DNA from: Geopsychrobacteraceae bacterium
GTDB lineage: Bacteria > Desulfobacterota > Desulfuromonadia > Desulfuromonadales > Geopsychrobacteraceae
DNA length: 64,000 nt
Direction: 5' to 3'
Assembly (NCBI GenBank): GCA_035267105.1
Contig: DATFMC010000034.1
Coordinates: 4,369 to 68,368 of the forward strand
The translations under genes were made by a program, and so were the position numbers. Below, piece after piece: positions 16,825 through 26,088 of this stretch. The notes under the pieces were generated by a model. The model searched no databases. It saw only the letters and a program-made list of their open reading frames with translations, and was not told the origin of the DNA. Within the stretch, counting starts at the first letter, position 1, and every line of letters begins with the position of its first letter.

Positions 16825-19800
16825 GACTTGACGCCTCCTTTCTCAATATTACAGAGGAAAGCTTTGTACTCCGGGATAGTGGTGTTGGCGTCACCGACCG
16901 CAGTGGTCAGCATGTTGGCGCTGCCACCGGTCGCCAGACCGTTAAAGCCGAAGTGCCAGGGCAGACCGACCTGTTCGACCATCTTGCCGCTGACGCGCAG
17001 GGGCTTGATCCGCGAAGTGACCAGCGCTTTCGCCTCAATAGCACCGCGCTCTGAAGAGATGGTGACCATGTCGCCATTCTTAATGTTCTTCCACTCGGCC
17101 ATCTCCTCACTGATTTCGACAAACATGTCCGGGACCAGCTCGACCAGCCAGGGCAGGTTCCGGGTCATCGCCCCTGCCTGCCAGTGCTCGGAGACACGGT
17201 AGGTGGTGCCGATGTAGGGAAACTTGCCGCTGTTGTTGATCTTACCCGGGGTCGCGACCGCCGGGTTGCTCTGCTGTCTGGTCATCAGGTTAGCCACCGG
17301 GCTCTCCATCGGCTCATAATGCTCCGGCAGAGGACCATCCGCCAGGCCGGCGGCAAACAGGCGACCGTAACCTTCTGCGATCATGATAAACGGCGATTTG
17401 GTGCCATCTTCACTCATCGGCACCCAGCCACCATCAGGAACATCGCCTTCCCATTTGCGGGTCAGCTTGTTCCAGCTGATGACCGGTTTCTTCGGATTCC
17501 ACGGCTTGCCGTTAAGATCTACCGAGGCGCGGTTATAGAGCACCCGCCGGTTGACCGGCCAACACCAGGACCAGTTATGATAGAAGCCCATGCCGCTCGG
17601 GTCTTCCTGACCGCGGCGCTGCATCAGGTTGCCTTTTTCTGTGTAGGAGTTGCAGTACAGCCAGTTCCCGCTGGTGGTCGAACCATCGGCCTGCAGGTAG
17701 GCGAAGCTTGGCACCTGCTGTCCCTTCTTGAACGACTTGCCTTTAACGACCGCGTCGCGGGTGAACTGACCGTTACACTCGCGGGCAACCATGTCGATGC
17801 TCGGTTCGTGGCCATCACCGTAATTCCAGTACAGATCGGTGATCGGGCCAGGGAAGACGCCGTCTTTGGCGTAGAGTTTTTTCAGATTTTTGACCAACTG
17901 ATCGATCATGAAGGCGTCACTCTCGGCATGCCCGGGAGGGTTGACCGCCTTGTAGCGCCACTGAGCCCAGCGACCCGAGTTGGAGATCGAACCTTCCTTC
18001 TCCACCGATGATGCGGCCGGTAACAGGAACACTTCCGTGTCGATGGTTTTCGGATCGACACCGGGCCGTTTCCAGAACACCGAAGTCTCGGTTTCCCACA
18101 GGTCGGCAGCAACCATCCACTTGAGGCCGTCCATACCGTTGGCGATTGATCCGGCATCGGGTCCACCGACGATCGGATTGGTGCCCATGCAGACCAGCCC
18201 TTCGAAACCACCAGTCTGCAGCCGCTCCATCAGTTTGATGAACGAGTAGTTGCCACTGCGCTTCGGCAGGTAATCGTAGCAGAAGTCATTCTTCTCGTTT
18301 GCCGCGTCACCCCAGTAGGCCTTGAGCAGACTGGTCATGTATTTCGGCGTGTTGCTCCACCAGTTGGCACTCTGTTTGTCGTTGGTCTTCGGTGTCCACT
18401 TGGCGTTGTAGGCGGACAGATCCTTGTTGGCGTAAGTTGGAACCTTCAGGTAGCCAGGCAGGATATGGTAGAGGATTGCGTAGTCGGTCGAGCCCTGAAC
18501 GTTCGACTCACCCCGCAATGCATTGATCCCGCCACCGGCCAGGCCGATATTACCAAGCAGCAGCTGCAGCATGGCGTAGGAACGGACGTTCTGGGTGCCG
18601 TGGGTATGCTGGGTGGTGCCCATGGCGTACATGATGGTCGCGACCTTGCCGACTCTGCTGGTGGCGCAAAAGGTGCGCACCACGTCCATATAGTCCTGAA
18701 TCGCTGTCCCGGTAATTTCACAGACTTTCTCTGGGGTATAGCGAGAGTAATGCTTCTTCATCAGCTGATAAACACTGCGTGGATTTTCCAGGCTGTCATC
18801 GCGCATCGGCAATCCATCCGCATCAACCTGATAAGCCCAGCTTTCCTTGTCATAGCTGAAATTTTCACCATCGTAACCAGTGAACAGGCCATCGTTAAAG
18901 TCGAAGTCTTCACTGACCAGAAAAGCCGCGTTGGTGTAGTTAACCACGTACTCTTTGTGGATCTGATTATTCTGCAACGCATAGTTGATCATACCGCCGA
19001 TAAAAGCGATATCGGTCCCCGGACGCAACTGCGCGTAGGTATCCGACTTGGATGAGGTTCTTGTATAGCGCGGATCGACGGAGATCAGCTTGGCGCCGTT
19101 GTCCATCGCTTTTTCCACGTACATGAAGGAAATCGGGTGGTTCTCTGCAGGGTTGGAACCGATGCACATGATGACATCGGAATGCTGGATATCAATCCAG
19201 TGGTTGGTCATTGCTCCGCGACCGAATGAGGCTGCCAGACCGGCAACTGTGGCGCTGTGTCATATTCGGGCCTGATGTTCTAAATAACCGACCCCCATGG
19301 CTCGAGCGAACTTGCCGAGCAGGTAACACTCTTCGTTGTCGAGTGCTGCAGCACCGATCATCGCCATGCCATCATTGCGGTTAACGGTGTACATTTCACC
19401 GTTGATTTTTTCCTGCTTGACGAAGTTGCGATCGCGGGTCTCCTTCATGTTCCTGGCAATCCGCTCCATTGCCCAGTCCCAGGATTTTTCTTCCCACTTG
19501 TCGCTCTTCGGTGCGCGGTATTGAACCTTGGTCAGCCGCCGCTCATTGTTGGCGACCTGAAACAAGGCGCTTCCTTTTGAACAGAGGGAGCCCTTGTTGA
19601 TCGGATGCTCCGGGTCACCTTCGATGTTGACAACCTTGCCATCCTTGGTGTGAACGATCATGCCACAACCAACGGCACAGTAGGGACAGATGGTTGTGCT
19701 GGTCTGTAAACCCTTGGTTCGCAGCCCTTCGCTCTGCACCGCAGCCCGAACTGGCTTGCCGGTGACCGCGACGGCTCCCGCGGCCATACCTCCGCCCTTG

Positions 19801-19826
19801 AGAAAATTTCTTCTGGAAATACCCAT
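16821..19826 (-). CDS. fdhA: Formate dehydrogenase catalytic subunit, Tat-exported and selenocysteine-containing (UGA at 19262..19260)
   Basis: ORFs 19260..19916 and 16821..19211 are in the same frame. The junction reads EHQARI-U-HSATVAGLAASFGRGAMTNHW, the canonical Sec active-site motif. Tat motif MGISRRNFLKGG follows an AAGGAGAG RBS. [4Fe-4S] motif CPYCAVGCG. Confidence 0.92.
19231..19259 (-). promoter_or_regulatory. SECIS element of fdhA
   Basis: 12 nt after the UGA: GUUGCC-GGUCU-GGCAGC. The stem and GGUCU loop closely resemble the E. coli fdhF SECIS apex as I remember it. Confidence 0.7.
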
Positions 19827-19900
19827 TCTTCTCTCCTTTATGATTAACAAATCAGACCCATCAATGTTGATGGTCCTGGCAAACTGAAACGGACTGAATG

Positions 19901-19916
19901 GCAACAGGCGTGCCAA
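19901..19916 (-). promoter_or_regulatory. Sigma-54 (-24/-12) promoter of the fdh operon
   Basis: The minus strand reads TTGGCACGCCTGTTGCC, i.e. TGGCACG-N4-TTGC, a perfect consensus about 75 nt upstream of the fdhA ATG. Confidence 0.8.
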
Positions 19917-20009
19917 CCCGTTTACGGAAAAGCAGAAACCCTGTTTTCCCTGTCAAAACAAAGTGATGGCGTTCTGGGATTATTCACCGGTGGTTCTGTT
20001 CCCAATTGC

Positions 20010-20055
20010 AAAAGTGGGTCATTTCTTCCCAGCTGGATACAAACGACCCACTTTT
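20010..20055. promoter_or_regulatory. 11-bp perfect inverted repeat, candidate enhancer (UAS) in the fdh / response-regulator divergent region
   Basis: AAAAGTGGGTC-N24-GACCCACTTTT, about 95-140 bp upstream of the sigma-54 promoter. Confidence 0.45.
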
Positions 20056-20137
20056 TGACGGCTGCCAAAACAGCTTTCAATAAAGCCCTTTTTCTGTTTA
20101 CATAACGACAACAGGAATTAATGACACGAGGCTGAAC

Positions 20138-21505
20138 ATGGAAGAAAAAATTCTGATCTGTGACGATGAAGAGGGGATGCGCCTCTATCTTGGAAAAATT
20201 CTGAGAAGCTGGAATTATCAGGTAGAGAACTTTGCTGAACCGGAAATGCTCTTAGGCTGGGTGTCCGACAAGGACAATGTCGGGGACCTGCTACTGCTCG
20301 ATATCAAGATGACGCAACTGGACGGTATTGAGGTGCTGCGGCGGATAAAACAACTGCGCCCAAATCTTTCGGTGATTATGATGACCGGGCACGGCACCAT
20401 CGAGTCGGCTGTTGAGGCGATGAAATTGGGAGCCTACGATTACCTGACCAAGCCCTTTCCTCAGGAAAAACTGATGGCGATGGTCCGCCATTGCCTGGAA
20501 GCACAACAGTTGCGAGAAGAGAACAGTATTCTGAAACAGGAGATCAAAGAGCATCGCATTTCCGGGCCGCCAATCTTCCAGAGCAGCAGCTTCGGAAACG
20601 TTTACCAGATGGCGCTGGATGTTGCCGAGAGCGATGCCGCAATTCTGATTTTGGGCGAAAGTGGAACCGGCAAAGAACTGATTGCCAGTTCGATTCATTA
20701 CGCCAGCCCTCGGGCGGATCGACGCTTTCTTACGGTCAACTGTGCGGCACTCTCGGAATCGCTGCTCGAAAGTCAGCTATTCGGCCACCTCAAAGGAGCC
20801 TTCACCGGCGCTATTCAGAGTCAAAAAGGGTTGCTGGAGGAAGCAGACGGCGGCACCCTCTTCCTTGATGAAATCGGCGAACTAAGCCCTTCGCTGCAAG
20901 CTAAATTACTTCGTGTGCTGCAGTTCGGTGAACTTTTACCCGTCGGTTCGACCAAGCCACGCCACGTCGATGTGCGCTTTCTGTCGGCGACCAACAAAGA
21001 TCTTGAAAAGGAGGTAGCCCGTGGCAATTTCCGCGAGGACCTCTTCTACCGCATCAACGTTATCAGCCTCCAACTGCCGCCGTTGCGCGACAGAAGCGAA
21101 GACATTGTCCCATTGGCTAAACATTTTCTTGAACAGACGGCTCACACGCCACGCTACCCGCTACCGGAGATTGACCCTGATGCAATGTCTGCGATGGAGA
21201 GTTACCATTGGCCGGGCAATGTTCGTGAACTGGAAAATGTTATAGCGCGCTGTGCAATCCTGTCCCGTGGCAAGCCGATCAGCGTTGACCTGCTACCGTT
21301 TAAAATTGACCTGCCTGGAAAAGCCGTGCTGAACAACAGCACCCCGTATAGTCTCCGCGACGCAGAGCGTTCACAGGTGATCCGCGCCCTGAAACAGACT
21401 GAATGGAACAAAAGCCAGGCAGCTCAGCTGCTTGGCACCTCCAGAAAAACCCTTGATCGAAAAATCAAGGAATACACCCTCACTCCAGACTCAACGACGG
21501 ACTGA
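20138..21505 (+). CDS. Sigma-54-dependent response regulator (REC-AAA+-Fis HTH, NtrC family)
   Basis: REC domain (LLLDIKM...), GESGTGKE Walker A, GAFTGA motif, C-terminal HTH. Confidence 0.92.
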   Translation: MEEKILICDDEEGMRLYLGKILRSWNYQVENFAEPEMLLGWVSDKDNVGDLLLLDIKMTQLDGIEVLRRIKQLRPNLSVIMMTGHGTIESAVEAMKLGAYDYLTKPFPQEKLMAMVRHCLEAQQLREENSILKQEIKEHRISGPPIFQSSSFGNVYQMALDVAESDAAILILGESGTGKELIASSIHYASPRADRRFLTVNCAALSESLLESQLFGHLKGAFTGAIQSQKGLLEEADGGTLFLDEIGELSPSLQAKLLRVLQFGELLPVGSTKPRHVDVRFLSATNKDLEKEVARGNFREDLFYRINVISLQLPPLRDRSEDIVPLAKHFLEQTAHTPRYPLPEIDPDAMSAMESYHWPGNVRELENVIARCAILSRGKPISVDLLPFKIDLPGKAVLNNSTPYSLRDAERSQVIRALKQTEWNKSQAAQLLGTSRKTLDRKIKEYTLTPDSTTD

Positions 21506-23481
21506 TGAACCCTGGTGCAAAAAAAGGTATCTCCATCCGAGGCAAAATGACGCTGGCAGCACTTACTCCTCTGCTCGCAGTCTTAATACTTGTTTCCATT
21601 GCAGCCTTCTACCTGATCAATGCCTGGATTGTCGGCAACACCCAGCAACAGATCCGCCAGGATTTGAGCGCGGCCCGCGAAGTCCTGCATCACGAAGAAA
21701 TGCGGATCAAAGATGTTGTGCGCTTTACAGCCCATACCAGCAGTCTGACCAATGCAATCATGACTGGCGACATGCCGTTCGCTGCCAATAAACTCGCAAC
21801 CATCCGACAGCGTGAAGGGCTTGATCTCCTGACCCTGACAGACAATAAAGGCAAAATTCTCGGATCAACCGGCCCAGTCGACTCTGACCCTCCCCTCTCC
21901 TTTATCTGGCAGACACTAAGAGGTGAAGAATTTTCCGGTGCTGTTTTGCTTAAGCCAAGGGAAATGATGCGGGAAGGATTAAACCTGGCCGAACAAGCCT
22001 TGATCGGCCATGCTGAAAATCAAGGGGACGATGAGCGTAGAGGGATGTTTCTGATCGGTGCTGCTCCGCTGTTTGATCAGCAGAAGCAGGTGATCGGCTG
22101 TCTCTATGGTGGAGTTCTTCTGAATGGGAACCTGCCTTTGGTTGATAGAATTAAAGAGGTTGTCTATGGTCAGAAGCTCTACGAAGGAACAGCGGTTGGC
22201 AGTGCCACTATCTTTCTTGACGAGCTGAGAGTGGCAACCACAATCCGCCTGAATAATGGAGAACGAGCAATCGGGACTCGGATATCTCAAGAGGTGGCCG
22301 AGGCCGTTTTACAGAAGAAACAAATCTGGCTGGCCCGGGCTAAAGTCGTCGACGAATGGTACCTGACTGCATACGAACCAATTGTAGATTCTGGCAAACA
22401 GGCGATCGGGGTTCTTTACGTCGGCCAACTGGAAGAACCCTTTAACGCGCTTAAACGAAAAATTGCCTACTCCTTGCTTGCCCTGCTTATCTTTGGTGGA
22501 GGACTTGGCTTTCTCCTCAGTCTGGCCATAGCCAGACGCCTATCCCGTCCACTGCTTGATTTGGCGAAATCTGCAGAACGGGTCGCCGCCGGCGATACCA
22601 ACATTTTTCTGCCGATTTCCAGTCAGGACGAGATTGGCCACCTCACCGCAACTTTTAACCAGATGACCTCTACGCTACGAGAAAAAGACCAGCGCGTGCT
22701 CGCCCTGAATCGAAAACTGGAAGAAAAAGTACAGCAGCGAACCACGGAACTTGAAGAAAAAAGCCTGCAGCTCATCCAGGCCCAGGAAGAACTTTTGCGT
22801 CATGAAAAGCTTGCAGCCATCGGGTCGCTCGCTGCCGGAGTTGCTCACGAAATAAATAATCCCACAGCGATTATTCGAGGGAATGTTGAACTTTTACAAA
22901 TGGTACTGGACAAAGACGCTTCAGGTCGGGAAGAGGCGGATGAAATAATGAAACAGACCGAGCGGGTCTCTTTAATTACCCAGAACCTTCTCAGCTTTGC
23001 CCGTGAACAACAGATTCATCAGGAATATGTTCAACTCAATTTTCTGCTGGAAGAGATTTTGGCCCAACTCAGCCATCAGGTCGCCATGGACGAGGTTCGC
23101 CTGTTGAAAAACCTCAGCTCGAAGCTCCCAGACATAGAAGGGGACCGTGAACGTTTGCGCCAGGTCTTCACCAACATTCTGCTCAACGCCATGCAAGCCA
23201 TGGCAGGAAAGGGAACTCTTTCACTGATCAGTGAATTCACTGATCGCGAAGTTCGTGTCACTATCGAAGATAGCGGTCCGGGAATCCCCTCTGCCATCAA
23301 AGAAAAAATCTTCAACCCCTTCTTCACAACCAAAAGCAAGGGAACCGGGCTAGGACTGTCTGTCTCCTACGGCATTGTGCAGGCTCACGGGGGATCGATC
23401 GAAGTCTTTTCCACTGAAAACCAGGGTGCCACATTTAAAGTCCACCTTCCTCTGACGAAGACATCGCCCCAAGATTTTTGA
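21505..23481 (+). CDS. Sensor histidine kinase with a large periplasmic (Cache-like) domain and HAMP
   Basis: TM helix, ~280-aa extracytoplasmic region, TM helix, HAMP. H-box AAGVAHEINNP and N/G boxes. TGATG overlap with the response-regulator gene. Confidence 0.9.
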   Translation: MNPGAKKGISIRGKMTLAALTPLLAVLILVSIAAFYLINAWIVGNTQQQIRQDLSAAREVLHHEEMRIKDVVRFTAHTSSLTNAIMTGDMPFAANKLATIRQREGLDLLTLTDNKGKILGSTGPVDSDPPLSFIWQTLRGEEFSGAVLLKPREMMREGLNLAEQALIGHAENQGDDERRGMFLIGAAPLFDQQKQVIGCLYGGVLLNGNLPLVDRIKEVVYGQKLYEGTAVGSATIFLDELRVATTIRLNNGERAIGTRISQEVAEAVLQKKQIWLARAKVVDEWYLTAYEPIVDSGKQAIGVLYVGQLEEPFNALKRKIAYSLLALLIFGGGLGFLLSLAIARRLSRPLLDLAKSAERVAAGDTNIFLPISSQDEIGHLTATFNQMTSTLREKDQRVLALNRKLEEKVQQRTTELEEKSLQLIQAQEELLRHEKLAAIGSLAAGVAHEINNPTAIIRGNVELLQMVLDKDASGREEADEIMKQTERVSLITQNLLSFAREQQIHQEYVQLNFLLEEILAQLSHQVAMDEVRLLKNLSSKLPDIEGDRERLRQVFTNILLNAMQAMAGKGTLSLISEFTDREVRVTIEDSGPGIPSAIKEKIFNPFFTTKSKGTGLGLSVSYGIVQAHGGSIEVFSTENQGATFKVHLPLTKTSPQDF

Positions 23482-23597
23482 ATAGCACCATTGCCTTAAC
23501 AACTCTGCCCCCCTGCCCAAGTCATTGACGCAAAGGTTCATCATCTATAAAATTACACTTCTAATATATTTGAATTTCTCCAGAGGTTTTGAAATCC

Positions 23598-25304
23598 ATG
23601 GCGATACCGTTTCTTTCCGATCGCGGCCTGTTCGACCAGCTTCCGCAAGCCGCTCTGCTGCTCGACCTGAACGGGATTGTGCTGGCAGCAAATAAAGGGG
23701 CATGTCTGCTCCTGCAGGCAGAGGAGGAGCAACTGGTCGGTCGCCCCTGCAGCACTGCCACGGGCTTTTCACTCTGTGATGACTCCTGCCCTCTCGATGA
23801 AGTTGTCACCTCCTGGTCCGGGCCACGAACCATGGAAACCTCCGGGCCGACCAATGAGCTGCCGCTGGTGGTTGAGCTGACCCCTCTGCAAGATGAAAAC
23901 GGGAAATGTGTCGCTGTGTTGGAAAGCTTTCGCGAAGCCCCCATGATCCAGGATCTTTCGACAAAGCTGCAGCACAAGCAGGAGGTTCTGCGAGCAGAAA
24001 TGGAGCGTTCCCGTGCCCTGGTCAATTCGATTGCCGATGGAATCTATACAATTGATCAGAATATGCGGATCACCAGTTTTTCCCGTAGCCTTGAACGAAT
24101 GACCGGATTCAAGGAAGAAGAGGTTCTTGGTCTTCGCTGCAAGGAAATTTTTCAGACTGATGTCTGTGAAACCGACTGCCCCTTACGCTGGACCCTGAAA
24201 CATCAGAAACCGGTACAGAACTGCATGGCGAACCTGGTCAGTAAGAATGGGAAGTCCATCCCTTCCTACCTCTCTTCTGACCTGCTCCGGGACGCTGATG
24301 GACATATCAGCGGTTGCGTCGGCATTATTCGAGACCGCAGTGAAATTGAAACCCTTAAAGCAAGACTGGGCGACATCCATTCTTTTGGCGAGTTTGTCGG
24401 TAAAAGTAAATCGATGCTCGAAGTCTTTGAACAGGTCAGCACCGTCGCCGCAACAGATTCAACGGTCCTGATTCAGGGGGAAAGCGGCACCGGAAAGGAG
24501 ATTCTTGCGCGCGCGATCCATTATCGCTCAGATCGTAAAAAAGGCCCTTTTGTCCGGGTTAACTGCGCATCGCTTACAGAAAGTCTGCTTGAAAGTGAGC
24601 TGTTCGGACATGAAAAAGGAGCATTTACCGGTGCAATAAAAGATAAACCAGGGCGTTTTGAACTGGCTGACGGCGGGACCCTGTTTCTGGATGAAATTGG
24701 AGATACATCTGTCGCTTTACAGGCAAAGTTGCTTCGGGTCTTGCAAGAGAAGGAATTTGAAAGGGTTGGCGGGATTGAAACGATCAAAACAAACGTCAGG
24801 GTTCTGACCGCGACCAACAAGGATCTGCAACAGGAAATAACCAACGGAACCTTTCGTGAAGACCTCTATTACCGACTCTGCGTTGTGCCGATCCACCTGC
24901 CTGCGCTCCGACAACGGAAAGAGGATATTCCGCTTCTGGTGGAAACCTTTATTCAAAAACTCAACGCCCATGGGGAAAGAATTAAGGACGTCTCCAGTCG
25001 GGCCATGGCTCTTTTAATGGCGCACGACTGGCCGGGTAATGTTCGGGAACTTGAGAATGCCATTGAACATGCATACGTCACCAGCACGACTGGCCGGGTC
25101 GAAAGACGCTTTCTGCCTGCATCTCTCAGAAATATCATCGCAACGGAAGAAGAACCGAACAGCCGGGATGAACAGGGTGATGAAAGTGAAATTCTCCAGG
25201 CGCTAAAGCAGTTTCGCTGGAACAAAAATGAAACTGCGACCGCTCTTGGCATCAGTCGAACGACCCTCTGGCGCCGCATGAAACAGCTGAATCTGATTAA
25301 GTAG
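23598..25304 (+). CDS. Sigma-54-dependent activator with two Cys-rich PAS domains (PAS-PAS-AAA+-HTH)
   Basis: [14 protein letters not shown] and a Fis-type HTH. Both N-terminal PAS domains carry C-x8-C-x3-C-P-L. The ATG at 23598 is preferred over the TTG at 23589. Confidence 0.9.
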   Translation: MAIPFLSDRGLFDQLPQAALLLDLNGIVLAANKGACLLLQAEEEQLVGRPCSTATGFSLCDDSCPLDEVVTSWSGPRTMETSGPTNELPLVVELTPLQDENGKCVAVLESFREAPMIQDLSTKLQHKQEVLRAEMERSRALVNSIADGIYTIDQNMRITSFSRSLERMTGFKEEEVLGLRCKEIFQTDVCETDCPLRWTLKHQKPVQNCMANLVSKNGKSIPSYLSSDLLRDADGHISGCVGIIRDRSEIETLKARLGDIHSFGEFVGKSKSMLEVFEQVSTVAATDSTVLIQGESGTGKEILARAIHYRSDRKKGPFVRVNCASLTESLLESELFGHEKGAFTGAIKDKPGRFELADGGTLFLDEIGDTSVALQAKLLRVLQEKEFERVGGIETIKTNVRVLTATNKDLQQEITNGTFREDLYYRLCVVPIHLPALRQRKEDIPLLVETFIQKLNAHGERIKDVSSRAMALLMAHDWPGNVRELENAIEHAYVTSTTGRVERRFLPASLRNIIATEEEPNSRDEQGDESEILQALKQFRWNKNETATALGISRTTLWRRMKQLNLIK

Positions 25305-25350
25305 CTGATCTGTCGTTATTTTCACCATGCTTTTTCTCCTCTCCACCCAT

Positions 25351-25382
25351 GAAACATATTGTTTCGTGAAACATTAGGTTTC
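25351..25382. promoter_or_regulatory. Two adjacent palindromic sites, candidate activator-binding sites
   Basis: GAAACATATTGTTTC (perfect palindrome, 25351..25365) followed by GAAACATTAGGTTTC (25368..25382). Confidence 0.55.
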
Positions 25383-25459
25383 ATGGGGTGGACAATAGCC
25401 CCTGACCCCGGCCCTCTCACGAAGGGCAGGGGATTAAATCCACCTTGCCCGCACCTTTC

Positions 25460-25474
25460 GAAACATATTGTTTC
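25460..25474. promoter_or_regulatory. Third copy of the GAAACATATTGTTTC palindrome
   Basis: Exact repeat of the 25351..25365 site, 66 bp upstream of the TGGCAC element. Confidence 0.55.
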
Positions 25475-25539
25475 AATCTTCTCTTTAATTCACCTTAACA
25501 AAAACCCCTTTTTTCAGCAAGTTAGACGAAATTGGAAAC

Positions 25540-25555
25540 TGGCACATATCTTGAT
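25540..25555 (+). promoter_or_regulatory. Sigma-54-type promoter of the cytochrome cluster
   Basis: TGGCACATATCTTGAT: correct -24 GG and spacing, but the -12 element is TTGA rather than TTGC. Confidence 0.5.
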
Positions 25556-25734
25556 AGCTATATCCATATGTCTAAATATAAATATTTATCAATGGCGGCA
25601 GGCACTAATCCTCGGTATAGAGACCTGTCCCGGCAACCAGAAAACGATATCAACCCTTTGGACATAGATTAGCAGAACCAGGATTAAGTCCAACAACATC
25701 GACTCGCATGCGGCGAGCAAGAAGGAGACAAGAG

Positions 25735-26052
25735 ATGATGCTGAAAAAAATGTTAGCCCTCACCCTGGCACTTACTTTCGTTGCAACTACTGTTTTCGCT
25801 ATCGACGGCGGCAACCCTCGAAAAGGGAAGTACCTGTTCAAGAAAAACTGTAAAAGCTGTCACAGCGATGGAGCCGAAGGTGGTGACGTAACACCACTTA
25901 GCAAGACCCAGTCCCAATGGGACCGTATGTTCAAAAAAGCCAAGCATGACCCAAAAGCCTGGGAAGGCCTTTCTGAAAAGGACCTGCTCGATATCAACCA
26001 GTTCCTTTTTGACCATGCGTCGGATTCCGATCAGCCGGAAACCTGCGGTTAA
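25735..26052 (+). CDS. Small secreted monohaem c-type cytochrome
   Basis: GAAGGAGA RBS, signal peptide MMLKKMLALTLALTFVATTVFA, single CKSCH. Confidence 0.85.
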   Translation: MMLKKMLALTLALTFVATTVFAIDGGNPRKGKYLFKKNCKSCHSDGAEGGDVTPLSKTQSQWDRMFKKAKHDPKAWEGLSEKDLLDINQFLFDHASDSDQPETCG

Positions 26053-26088
26053 TTTCAAGCAATCACACTTTTTCAGGAGGCAAAGTAA

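Noticed and set aside
15970-18011. Long plus-strand ORFs (15970..16806, 278 aa; 17184..18011, 275 aa) antisense to fdhB and fdhA.
   Set aside because: These are shadow ORFs opposite strongly supported genes. Their translations are low-complexity and R/G/A/L/V-rich (the 275-aa one also H-rich), with no motifs.
18365-18380. TGGCAC-N5-TTGT match on the plus strand. A similar match (TGGCAC-N5-TTTT) lies on the minus strand at 23415..23429.
   Set aside because: Both lie inside coding regions, the first antisense to fdhA and the second inside the histidine kinase gene. Both have imperfect -12 boxes and no downstream gene, so they are probably chance matches.
16821-19916. fdhA looked like a gene broken into two ORFs, a possible pseudogene.
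   Set aside because: The break is a single in-frame TGA at the canonical Sec position, with an fdhF-like SECIS hairpin. I interpret it as an intact selenoprotein gene.
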